Below are positions 34,269 through 42,800 of a DNA stretch of 64,000 nucleotides, piece after piece (position 1 is the stretch's first letter; the number at the start of each line of letters is the position of its first letter). The translations under genes were made by a program, and so were the position numbers. The DNA comes from Bacillota bacterium (lineage in GTDB: Bacteria; Bacillota; Clostridia; Christensenellales; UBA1431): positions 45,701 through 109,700 of the forward strand of contig JBMOLJ010000017.1 in assembly GCA_049324235.1 (NCBI GenBank), written 5' to 3'. The notes under the pieces are model-generated. The model saw only the letters and a program-made list of their open reading frames with translations, ran no database searches and had not been told where the DNA came from.

Positions 34269-35633
34269 GTGGTACTGGATATTTTAACGGGTGCGGAAAT
34301 GCTTACGCATGACGACGTAAAGCAACGGATAAAAGAACAGGATATCGAAATGATTCGGCTCGAGTACACGGACATCCTGGGCGTAAACCGGGGCAAAATG
34401 ATGCCGGCGGAGATGATCGATGAGGTATTCGAAAAAGGCATATGCTTCGGCGCGGGCACCTTGTGCATGGGCTTTAACAACAGCGTGGCCCTTAGCCAGG
34501 GATTTTCAGAGACCATAGATGATATGAAAGTCATTGCGGACCCGTCGACCTTCGTCGTACTGCCGCACGAGGATAAGACTGCACTCATCATAGGCGACCT
34601 GTATTATCTGGGAAAGCCCATGAATCAGTCTCCAAGAGTGTTTTTAAAGAAGATCGTTTGGGAGTACCATAAGCTGGGATTTGACCCCATCGCGGCAAGT
34701 GAAGTTGAGTTTTTCGTCTACAAAAAGCAGCCTGAAGGCGGGGTGGCTCCCTACACAAACCAGCTTGCAAACTGTTATACCAGCAATAAAAGGATCGATC
34801 CATTGGGATTTCTATCCAAGCTTACCAAGACGTTTAAAAACATGGATTTCAATGTGCTCTACATGAACCACGAGTATTATCCCGGCCAGTTTGAATACAA
34901 CTGGTCGCACGCAAAGGCCGTCCGCTGCGCCGATGAAACGGCGTTGTTCAAGAGCCTGAGCAAGGATATTGCGGACATGAACGACATGATGGTTACCTTT
35001 ATGGGCAAGCCCAAATTATCCGAAGGCGGGAGCGGCTGCCATTTCCATATTTCCCTCAACGATCTGGAAACAGGAAAAAACGTTTTCGGCGATGTGCAGA
35101 AGGATGACGGCATTGCGGACATCATGAAGCATTTTATCGGGGGAATCTGCAAGCACGCGCTGCCGCTGACGGCTTTCCTGTCGCCGACCGTCAACTGCTA
35201 CAAGCGGTACCAGCCCGATTCCTTCGCGCCTATCTATGTGGGCTGGGGCTATGACAACAGGACGACGTACATCCGCATCCCGCAGGAGCGCGGGCAGGCG
35301 ACACGCGTTGAGGTCCGCGCTGCAAGCGCGGCAACCAACCCTTATCTGGCCCTTGGAGGAATACTGGCCGCCGGACTGGATGGAATCGTAAACAGGATTG
35401 AGCCTCCCGGCGTGATAGAAGGGGACTTCTATCACGATAAAGAGCACGCGAAGGAAGTAGTGCCCCGGAGCCTGTTCAGGGCGATCTCGTTGCTGGAGGA
35501 GGACGAATGGTTCTGCGATTGCGTGAGCAGGGAACTGATCGATGCTTTTGTCAAGTTGAAGAACCTTGAGATCAGCGACTTTACCAAATTTGTTACGGAC
35601 TGGGAATGGAATACGTATTCGTACCATATTTGA
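34269..35633 (+). CDS. Glutamine synthetase-family ligase (gamma-glutamyl-amine synthetase-like; GmaS/PuuA-like)
   Basis: GS catalytic-domain motifs: EVEFFVY, GSGCHFHISL, NCYKRY, NRTTYIRIP, NPYLALGGILAAGLDG. I prefer GTG at 34269, 8 nt after GAGGAGG; the track start is 34260. Confidence 0.8.
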   Translation: MVLDILTGAEMLTHDDVKQRIKEQDIEMIRLEYTDILGVNRGKMMPAEMIDEVFEKGICFGAGTLCMGFNNSVALSQGFSETIDDMKVIADPSTFVVLPHEDKTALIIGDLYYLGKPMNQSPRVFLKKIVWEYHKLGFDPIAASEVEFFVYKKQPEGGVAPYTNQLANCYTSNKRIDPLGFLSKLTKTFKNMDFNVLYMNHEYYPGQFEYNWSHAKAVRCADETALFKSLSKDIADMNDMMVTFMGKPKLSEGGSGCHFHISLNDLETGKNVFGDVQKDDGIADIMKHFIGGICKHALPLTAFLSPTVNCYKRYQPDSFAPIYVGWGYDNRTTYIRIPQERGQATRVEVRAASAATNPYLALGGILAAGLDGIVNRIEPPGVIEGDFYHDKEHAKEVVPRSLFRAISLLEEDEWFCDCVSRELIDAFVKLKNLEISDFTKFVTDWEWNTYSYHI

Positions 35634-35660
35634 TGGATTTTAAGTGGAGGGGAAACGGAT

Positions 35661-36557
35661 ATGTGCGGCATAGCGGGCGTTATTTCAAAAACAAAAACGG
35701 ATATTGCACAGGGGCTGGTGTCCATGCTCGAGCTGATTCAGCACAGGGGGCCGGACGCAAGCGGCATCGCGGTATACGGGGGCAAAGACCACATCATCCT
35801 CAGAGCGACCATGAAAGGAAAACCCCTGTCGGCCTCGCTCATGGAAACGGTGGGGAAATACGCGACGGTACTTGGGCAGCAGATAGGAGACTGGAGCAGG
35901 CCGCTCATTTTCTCGGAAATGCGTCTCGAAATCCCCGAGGAGGATATCCCGTCGCTGCATGCGGCGATCAACAAAGTGCCCGGGCTTACCGTCCATTCCA
36001 TCGGAAAAGGGATGAAGGTATATAAAGAAGGCGGACCGGTAGCCAATCTCAAGGCGAACAACAGGATCGACGCGGTCTCTGCCACGCACGGCATTGGCCA
36101 CGTGCGGATGGCGACCGAAAGCGCGGAGGACATCAACGCGGCCCACCCGTTCGTTTCCCCGTTTTATCCCGGACTCTCCATCGTACACAACGGGCAGTTT
36201 ACGAACTATTTCAACATGCGCCGCTTCCTTGAAGCAAAGGGCGCTGTGTTTAAGACGATGAACGATTCGGAGGCCGCCAGCCACCTTATTGCCTATGCGA
36301 TGCGGGAAAACGGCGGGGACCTTCATGAGGCCCTGCAATATGCGCTCGATATGCTCGACGGCGTGTTCTGCATCATAGCGTCCACGGCAACGCAGATGGG
36401 GTTTGTAAAGGATAAGCTTGGCATAAAGCCCCTGCTGGTATTTGAAACCGATGAAATGGTCATGTTCGGCTCCGAGCAAATCGAGTTTACGGCGCTTTAT
36501 CACGATGTGTTTGCGGATGAAATGAGTCCCGGGGAGGTGAAGGTATGGAATATTTAG
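35661..36557 (+). CDS. Class-II (Ntn) glutamine amidotransferase, GltB-domain-1 / MgsA-like
   Basis: N-terminal MCGIAGV (catalytic Cys after Met removal), HRGPDASGIA, GHVRMAT, HNGQFTN. Confidence 0.85.
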   Translation: MCGIAGVISKTKTDIAQGLVSMLELIQHRGPDASGIAVYGGKDHIILRATMKGKPLSASLMETVGKYATVLGQQIGDWSRPLIFSEMRLEIPEEDIPSLHAAINKVPGLTVHSIGKGMKVYKEGGPVANLKANNRIDAVSATHGIGHVRMATESAEDINAAHPFVSPFYPGLSIVHNGQFTNYFNMRRFLEAKGAVFKTMNDSEAASHLIAYAMRENGGDLHEALQYALDMLDGVFCIIASTATQMGFVKDKLGIKPLLVFETDEMVMFGSEQIEFTALYHDVFADEMSPGEVKVWNI

Positions 36558-37270
36558 ATGCGGCAAATATGAAGCCCGGGGAGCTGAATGCAGCCATCAG
36601 GGATAGAATGGCCGAGGGCATAACGGAATTTACGGTAAAGAACGCGCATTCGATGCACAACATGTTCGCGGGACTGACCGGGGATTGCAGCATAAGGATC
36701 GAGGACAGTACCGGCCTGTATACCGCAAGTTTTATGGAAGGCCCCCGCGTCGTGGTAGACGGGAACGTGGGATGGTATGCGGGCGACGATATGATGGGCG
36801 GGGAACTGCTCATCAAAAAGAACACCGGATGCAACATAGGCGCATACATCAACGGCGGTACCATCGTCGTCTACGGGAGCACCGGCAGCCGGGTGGGCTA
36901 TGGCATGAAGGGCGGAACCATCATCGTATGCGGCAACGCGGGACGCTGGGCGGCCCAGATGTCCATGGGCGGAAGCCTGGTCGTGCTGGGAGAGATGGGG
37001 AGACAGATCGGCGAATCAATGTATAGGGGGGCCATATTCACATGTGATCCGCAGGCGGGCGATAAGCTGGGCGGAAACGTGTTTTTGGACGAGATAACAG
37101 TACAGGAAGCCAGTGCGTTATCCAGGCTTTTTAAGAAGTATGAGATCGATGCGCATCCTGAAGCATTCAAAGTCGTCCGTCCGGTTTCATCGGGAAGGCA
37201 TACATACGTTTTGTTCAAACCGGAACTTGCGCCTGAAGGGGCGAAAAAGCATGCGGCGGCGAAGGGGTGA
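36545..37270 (+). CDS. GXGXG-motif protein, glutamate synthase C-terminal beta-helix domain / MgsB-like
   Basis: Repeated G-x-x-G-x-x-G beta-helix turns: DGNVGWYAGDDMMGGELLIKKNTGCNIGAYINGGTIVVYGSTGSRVGYGMKGGTIIVCGNAG. It overlaps the upstream stop by 13 nt. Confidence 0.85.
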   Translation: MEYLDAANMKPGELNAAIRDRMAEGITEFTVKNAHSMHNMFAGLTGDCSIRIEDSTGLYTASFMEGPRVVVDGNVGWYAGDDMMGGELLIKKNTGCNIGAYINGGTIVVYGSTGSRVGYGMKGGTIIVCGNAGRWAAQMSMGGSLVVLGEMGRQIGESMYRGAIFTCDPQAGDKLGGNVFLDEITVQEASALSRLFKKYEIDAHPEAFKVVRPVSSGRHTYVLFKPELAPEGAKKHAAAKG

Positions 37271-37275
37271 GACAG

Positions 37276-38583
37276 ATGAGCGATACAAAAAGAATAACAG
37301 AGCCGGTAAACGCCCAGCACGGGGTGTGGAGCAAAGAGACGCTTGCCGAGATCGATTATAAGGCAGGCGCCGGAAAACACAGGATCAGGGGCTGCGCAAC
37401 GCCCAGGCGCATGCCGGGGTTTGACGACCTCATGATCCTGCCGGGGCAGCTCACGCGCATGACGATCGACACCTACCGCGAGGACTGTGAAACGCGGACC
37501 GTTCTGGGAAAGCGCTTCGCGAAAAAGCCGCTGATTATCGAAACGCCCGTGATGATTGCTGGAATGTCCTACGGCGCGCTGAGCAAGGAGGCAAAGATCG
37601 CCCTTGCAAAAGCGTCGTCCATCGTCGGGACGGTAATAAGCAACGGCGAGGGCGGCATACTGCCCGAGGAGCTAGAACATTCCTACAGGCAGTCGATACA
37701 GGTGCTGGCCAGCCGCATGGGCTTTACAAAAAGGAACCTTGAAGTGGCCGACATGCTCGAATTCCTGTACGGCATCGGCGCAAAGCCCGGCCTTTCAGGC
37801 CATCTCATGGGCAGCAAGATCACCGCGGAGATCGCAGAGCAGAGGAAGATACCGGTAGGGATCGACCTGCACAGCCACCCGAGAAGCGGCGACTCCTTCG
37901 GGGCCGACGATATGGTCATCAAGATGGAGCAGATGCGCGAGCTGACCAACTATGAAGCGCCGATATTTGTAAAGATCGCCGCGGGCCGCGTGCGCGAGGA
38001 CATTAAGATCGCGGTGAAGCTGGGCGTGGATGGTATCATACTCGACGGCTGCCAGGCGGGGACGGGAGCGGCGCCGGTGATGGCGGCGGATCACCTGGGG
38101 ATACCAGCGATGCCCGCATTGGTGCAGGCAGTCCGCACGCTGGAGGAAATCGGCCTGAAAGATGAGGTGAGCCTAATCATATCGGGCGGCGTCAAGGACG
38201 GGGCGGATCTCGCGAAGGCGCTTGCCATAGGCGCCGACGCCGTCGCCATAGGCACTGCCGCCATGGTGGCCATGGGATGCAGGGTGTGCATGCGCTGCCA
38301 TACGGGCAACTGCAGCTTCGGAATCGGCACGCAGGACCCGGAGCAGAGGAAAAATCTGGATATCGACGCCGCCGCCCAGAGGGTGGCCAACTATATCAGC
38401 GCGATGACGGCCGAAGCCGTGCTGCTTGCCAAGGCGGCCGGAAAATCAAAGCTCAAAAACCTTGAGAGAGAGGACCTGCGCGCGCTGACGCTGGAGACCG
38501 CGGCCATGACCGGCATACCGCTCGTCGGGAGCGATCTGGTGATCGGCGAGGGATTCGGGTTTACCGCAAACAATAAAATCTGA
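37276..38583 (+). CDS. FMN-binding glutamate synthase-family protein, GltB-domain-2 / MgsC-like
   Basis: Motifs IAGMSYGALS, ILDGCQAGTGAAP, ISGGVKDGADLAKALAIGADAVAIGTAAMVAMGCRVCMRCHTGNCSFGIGTQDPE. ATG at 37276 after AAGGGG. Confidence 0.85.
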   Translation: MSDTKRITEPVNAQHGVWSKETLAEIDYKAGAGKHRIRGCATPRRMPGFDDLMILPGQLTRMTIDTYREDCETRTVLGKRFAKKPLIIETPVMIAGMSYGALSKEAKIALAKASSIVGTVISNGEGGILPEELEHSYRQSIQVLASRMGFTKRNLEVADMLEFLYGIGAKPGLSGHLMGSKITAEIAEQRKIPVGIDLHSHPRSGDSFGADDMVIKMEQMRELTNYEAPIFVKIAAGRVREDIKIAVKLGVDGIILDGCQAGTGAAPVMAADHLGIPAMPALVQAVRTLEEIGLKDEVSLIISGGVKDGADLAKALAIGADAVAIGTAAMVAMGCRVCMRCHTGNCSFGIGTQDPEQRKNLDIDAAAQRVANYISAMTAEAVLLAKAAGKSKLKNLEREDLRALTLETAAMTGIPLVGSDLVIGEGFGFTANNKI

Positions 38584-38602
38584 TGGTCGGAGTGTGTCGT
38601 TT

Positions 38603-38914
38603 ATGAGGATACAGCAGCATCCAATTCTGAAAACATTCGATAAAGGAAAACGCGTCGCCTTTGAGTTTGACGGCAAGGCAATGGAGGGATACGAGGGCGA
38701 ACCGGTCGCCGCCGCATTGCGGGCGGCAGGCGTGATGACCCACCGTCATACCACGCGTTTTGGCAATCCACGGGGAATCTTCTGCGCGATAGGCAGGTGT
38801 ACGGACTGTGTGATGGTGGTGGATGGGAAACCCAATATGAGAACCTGCGTAACGCCGCTTCGCGAGGGTATGAAGGTCGAGACACAATTTGGAGCGGGTG
38901 CGAAAAAGGGGTAG
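38603..38914 (+). CDS. Small (2Fe-2S)-binding subunit, HcnA / sarcosine-oxidase-alpha N-terminal-like
   Basis: Motifs FEFDGKAMEGYEGEPVAAAL and GIFCAIGRCTDCVMVVDGKPNMRTCVT. ATG at 38603 after GGAGTG; the track GTG is at 38594. Confidence 0.75.
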   Translation: MRIQQHPILKTFDKGKRVAFEFDGKAMEGYEGEPVAAALRAAGVMTHRHTTRFGNPRGIFCAIGRCTDCVMVVDGKPNMRTCVTPLREGMKVETQFGAGAKKG

Positions 38915-38920
38915 GCGTTT

Positions 38921-40525
38921 ATGGACAGATATGAGCTAATCGTGATCGGAGCAGGTCCGGCCGGGCTGTGTGCGGCAATCGAGGCCGCATCCTCGGGTAT
39001 GAAGACTATAGTTTTCGATGAAAACGCGCGTCCGGGCGGACAGCTTTTCAAGCAGATACATAAATTCTTTGGTTCAAAAGAGCACAGGGCAAAAAAAAGA
39101 GGTTTCAGGATCGGTGAGGAGCTTTTAAAACAGGCGGAGGATGCGGGAGTCGATGTCAGGCTCAACGCTACTGTTATGGGGATATTCCAGAATAAAGAAA
39201 TTACCGTGATGACCGGTGACCATATAGAGCATTTCAAGGGGGATAACATCGTTGTTGCGACCGGGGCGTCCGAGAACATGGTCGCTTTCCCGGGCTGGAC
39301 CCTGCCGGGCGTAATGGGGGCGGGCGCGGCGCAGACACTGATGAACCTGCACGGCATTAAACCCGGGGAAAGAGTTTTGATGGTAGGCTCGGGAAACGTC
39401 GGCTTGGTCGTGAGTTTTCAGCTTTTACAGGCTGGCAGCGAGGTTGCGGCGATTATCGACGCCGCGCCGCGTATCGGGGGATACGGTGTACACGCGGCTA
39501 AAGTCGTACGCACGGGCGTCCCCGTGTATCTGTCGCATACGGTCATTCAGGCCCAAGGCGAAGACCGTGTGACCGGCGCCGTCATCGGCGAGGTGGATAA
39601 GAACTGGCAGATTATCGCGGGTTCTGAAAAGCATCTTGAGGTGGACGCCATATGCCTGGCGGTAGGGCTTTCGCCGATGTCCCAGCTTACCCGGATGACC
39701 GGCTGCAAAATGGCCGATTCGCCTGCGAAGGGCGGGCTGGTGCCGGTTTGCAACACCTTCGGGGAAACCTCGGTGCAGGGAATATTCTGCGCCGGTGACG
39801 TTTCCGGGATTGAGGAAGCAAGCTCGGCCATGATTCAGGGGTATATCGCAGGCGCAGCCGCCGCAAGGCGCAGCGGATACATAACGGATGAAGTGTTTCT
39901 GAAGAAGGAGCAAAAGCTGTATGCGTCCCTTGGGCAGTTAAGAGGGGGCATGTTCGGCGGCAAAAACAAGGGACGAACGGATTTGACGCATACGGATGAG
40001 GGCGTTCCCCTGTCTGAAACGCTGTTGAAAAAGGGCTATATCGGTGAAACGGAGATATTGAATTTTCCGGGGGCAAACGGATATAAGAAAAAAGGTATTC
40101 ATCCGGTGATCGAGTGCACCCAGAATATCCCGTGCAATCCGTGCCAGGATGCCTGCGCCAAAGGATGCATCGTCGTCGGCAAGAACATTACAAGCCTGCC
40201 GGTGGTCTCGGAACAGGCCCAGTGCACCGGTTGCGGCATGTGCGTGGCTTCCTGCCCGGGTCAGGCCATTTTTCTCATCGACGAAGATTATGCCAAAGGG
40301 TTCTCAGCCGTTTCGTTGCCGTATGAATTGCTGCCGCTCCCCAAAACAGGGGACAGGGGCGTTGCGCTGGACAGAAGCGGCAAAAGCCTTTGCCCGGCTG
40401 AGATTGTGGCCGTGAAAACGGCAAAAGCCATGGACGAGACAGCCATATTGACGATGAAGGTTCCCGCCGAGATGTCGTCAAAGGCGCGGTTTTTCAGGCT
40501 GGAAGGGGTGTCGGATGATGAATGA
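38921..40525 (+). CDS. FAD/NAD(P)-binding pyridine-nucleotide-disulfide-type oxidoreductase subunit (HcnB/OoxA/LhpE-like) with a C-terminal ferredoxin-like Cys clusters
   Basis: Two Rossmann motifs, VIGAGPAGLCAAIEAA and MVGSGNVGLVVSF. The C-terminus has CNPCQDACAKGC and CTGCGMCVASCPGQA (4Fe-4S-type). Confidence 0.75.
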   Translation: MDRYELIVIGAGPAGLCAAIEAASSGMKTIVFDENARPGGQLFKQIHKFFGSKEHRAKKRGFRIGEELLKQAEDAGVDVRLNATVMGIFQNKEITVMTGDHIEHFKGDNIVVATGASENMVAFPGWTLPGVMGAGAAQTLMNLHGIKPGERVLMVGSGNVGLVVSFQLLQAGSEVAAIIDAAPRIGGYGVHAAKVVRTGVPVYLSHTVIQAQGEDRVTGAVIGEVDKNWQIIAGSEKHLEVDAICLAVGLSPMSQLTRMTGCKMADSPAKGGLVPVCNTFGETSVQGIFCAGDVSGIEEASSAMIQGYIAGAAAARRSGYITDEVFLKKEQKLYASLGQLRGGMFGGKNKGRTDLTHTDEGVPLSETLLKKGYIGETEILNFPGANGYKKKGIHPVIECTQNIPCNPCQDACAKGCIVVGKNITSLPVVSEQAQCTGCGMCVASCPGQAIFLIDEDYAKGFSAVSLPYELLPLPKTGDRGVALDRSGKSLCPAEIVAVKTAKAMDETAILTMKVPAEMSSKARFFRLEGVSDDE

Positions 40526-40838
40526 AATATTGGACCGCAGCCTTGATCTGGGGGAGTTTGTCCCGCAGCCCGATGACGGTATGATCATTTGCCGCTGCGA
40601 GGAGATTACCAAGGGCGAGATACGCAAAGCCGTACACGACGGCATGCGGAACCTGACGGAAATCAAGCGGTATCTGCGTGCGGGCATGGGGCTTTGCCAG
40701 GGCCTTTCCTGCAGCCGTCTCGTACGGGCCATCGTCGCAAAGGAACTCGGGGTTTCTCCGGCAAAACTGGAGCTGTCATCGCCCCGCTCTCCTGCACGCC
40801 CGGTAGAGATGCGTGTCTATGCAAACGAATTGAGGTGA
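40515..40838 (+). CDS. BFD-like (2Fe-2S)-binding protein
   Basis: CRCEEITKGEIRKAV...GMGLCQGLSC matches the BFD-like [2Fe-2S] pattern. It overlaps the upstream gene by 11 nt. Confidence 0.75.
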   Translation: MMNEILDRSLDLGEFVPQPDDGMIICRCEEITKGEIRKAVHDGMRNLTEIKRYLRAGMGLCQGLSCSRLVRAIVAKELGVSPAKLELSSPRSPARPVEMRVYANELR

Positions 40839-40843
40839 AGGCA

Positions 40844-41968
40844 ATGACGAAGACAGCCGGGGTCATCATCATCGGCGGCGGTGTGATCGGATGCGCGGCG
40901 GCGTATTATCTCGCTTTAAAAGGCGTAAAAAGTATCGTCCTGGAAAAAAACGAAATAGGGCATGGCGGATCAAGCAAGAACGGCGGCGGTGTAAGGCAGT
41001 CCGCGCGGGACAACAGGGAACTGCCGCTTGCCATGTTCGGCGCCGAATGCCTGTGGCCAGGGCTGTCCGACGAGCTGGGCGTTGATGTGGAGTACTGCAA
41101 AAAAGGAAACCTGCGCCTCGCAAAGACAGAAGAGCATATCAGGATTCTTGAAAAACTCGTGGAGAACAGCCGCGCCGGGGGCTTGAAGGTGCAGATGATA
41201 ACCGGTGACGAAGCAAGGGAAATCTGCCCCTATATGTCCGAAGAGGTGATCGGCGCGAGCTGGTGTCCGACCGACGGGCATGCCAATCCCATGCGCACAA
41301 CGCTCGGCTTTTACAAAAGGGCGCGCGAACTCGGGGCGCGCTTTATCACGGGTGAAAATGTGTTGGAAATAAAAAAAATTAAGGGCCGGGCGCGGCAGGT
41401 GATAACAAACGCGAACGTGTATGAGGGGGAGACCGTTATCCTGGCTGCAGGATACGAGTCCAGAAGCATTGCCAATACCGTGGGGATAGACGTGCCGATG
41501 CAGCGGGTGCTGCTTGAAGCGCTGGTGACCGAGCCCCAGCCAAAAATGTTTGAGCAGATGCTTGGTACGGCCGCAGCCGACTTTTACGGACATCAGGCAA
41601 AGCACGGATCGTTTGTGTTCGGGGGTTCGGGCGGCCTTGAACCGTATATCTCCGAAGTGCCGGAACCGGCCACAACCAGCACGACCGCGCCTTCCGTTTG
41701 CAGAGCCATCATAAAATACTTTCCGGTTTTGAAGGAAGCGAAAATCGTACGGTCATGGGCGGGTTGGATAGACGATTGCGCCGACCATGTTCCGGTCATC
41801 AGCAGGGTTGACGAGGTGCCCGGGCTTATACTCGCCTGTGGCTTTTCGGGGCACGGCTTTGGAATATCCCCGGTGGTCGGGCTGCTGCTGAGCGAGCTTG
41901 CGACCGGTGTGAGGACATCCCTGTACCTGAACGCGTTCAGGTACGACCGTTTTGCGGCAAGAGCATAA
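40844..41968 (+). CDS. FAD-dependent amine/imino-acid oxidoreductase subunit (sarcosine oxidase beta / HcnC / OoxB / LhpB-like, DAO family)
   Basis: N-terminal GVIIIGGGVIGCAAAYYLA and C-terminal FSGHGFGISPVVG. ATG at 40844 after GAGGTGAAGG. The track ORF carries an 85-codon upstream extension in the same frame. Confidence 0.8.
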   Translation: MTKTAGVIIIGGGVIGCAAAYYLALKGVKSIVLEKNEIGHGGSSKNGGGVRQSARDNRELPLAMFGAECLWPGLSDELGVDVEYCKKGNLRLAKTEEHIRILEKLVENSRAGGLKVQMITGDEAREICPYMSEEVIGASWCPTDGHANPMRTTLGFYKRARELGARFITGENVLEIKKIKGRARQVITNANVYEGETVILAAGYESRSIANTVGIDVPMQRVLLEALVTEPQPKMFEQMLGTAAADFYGHQAKHGSFVFGGSGGLEPYISEVPEPATTSTTAPSVCRAIIKYFPVLKEAKIVRSWAGWIDDCADHVPVISRVDEVPGLILACGFSGHGFGISPVVGLLLSELATGVRTSLYLNAFRYDRFAARA

Positions 41969-41986
41969 TAGAAAGGGGAATATAGA

Positions 41987-42391
41987 ATGGAGTTTACGAG
42001 AGTCAATTATTCATCAGGTGCGCCATTGGAGGAGAAAGTCGGTTACAGCCGTGTGGTGAAAGCCGGTCCCTTTGTTTTTGTGGGAGGCACGACGTCTGTT
42101 TTACCCGATGGAAGCGTATACGGAGAGAACGACCCGTATGCGCAGACGAAGTATGTCCTGGAAAAGCTTATCGGGCTGATCGGGGAGGCCGGAGCCAAAC
42201 CGGAGGAGGTCGTACGGGTCAAGGTATATGCCACGGACATGAAAATGTGCGGCGAAATCACCCGGGCGTATTCCGAATTCTTTAAAGAAATAAAGCCGTT
42301 GTGTACGGTCGTAGGCACCTCGGCGCTCAACCGTCCGTCGCAGCTCGTTGAAATTGAGATGGACGCGATCATCGGCGCAGCCGCAGGATGA
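41987..42391 (+). CDS. RidA/YjgF-family reactive-imine deaminase-like protein
   Basis: 134 aa with the YjgF/Rid pattern (YSRVVKAGPFVFVGGTTS..., VRVKVYATDM, VEIEMDAI). Confidence 0.75.
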   Translation: MEFTRVNYSSGAPLEEKVGYSRVVKAGPFVFVGGTTSVLPDGSVYGENDPYAQTKYVLEKLIGLIGEAGAKPEEVVRVKVYATDMKMCGEITRAYSEFFKEIKPLCTVVGTSALNRPSQLVEIEMDAIIGAAAG

Positions 42392-42536
42392 AATTCCATA
42401 GTCCTGGGTTGATGTTGATTAAAGAACTGCCTTTTCAATCTAACACCAGCAAAAGGCTACTAAGAAGCTGTTGTTTTTTACTTTTATGCATATTTTATGG
42501 TATAATCAAAAAGCATGATTTCTGGGAGGGAAAAAC

Positions 42537-42794
42537 TTGAAAGTACAAAAAAGCAACGGGACGCTTCAGGATTTTGATATCGAAAAGATTAAGCTGGTGA
42601 TTGGGCGGGTTTCCGATGAGGTTGATGAATCATTGAATTCAAGCGATATCAATACGATAAGCAAAGAGGTTCTGGAAACCGTGAAACGCGAGCATAACGA
42701 AGTGGTTGTACACAGTGATTTGAGGCAAATTGTATACAAGGCTTTAAAAGATTACGGTTTTACGGATGTTGCCAATGCATATATGCGGGGATAA
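42537..42794 (+). CDS. Stand-alone ATP-cone domain protein
   Basis: The TTG start follows GGGAGGG. VQKSNGTLQDFDIEKIKLVI...VHSDLRQIVYKALKDYGFTDVANAY matches the ATP-cone fold pattern of NrdR/NrdA N-termini. Confidence 0.65.
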   Translation: MKVQKSNGTLQDFDIEKIKLVIGRVSDEVDESLNSSDINTISKEVLETVKREHNEVVVHSDLRQIVYKALKDYGFTDVANAYMRG

Positions 42795-42800
42795 TTAAAG

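Noticed and set aside
34269-38583. Reading the GS-like gene and the three GltB-like genes as an ordinary GS-GOGAT ammonium-assimilation module.
   Set aside because: I have not fully excluded this, but it is disfavoured. The genes are co-operonic with an amine/amino-acid permease, a four-subunit C-N-bond dehydrogenase of the HcnABC/LhpBEF type and RidA. That composition mirrors catabolic gamma-glutamyl / N-methylglutamate pathways. No GltD-type small subunit is evident.
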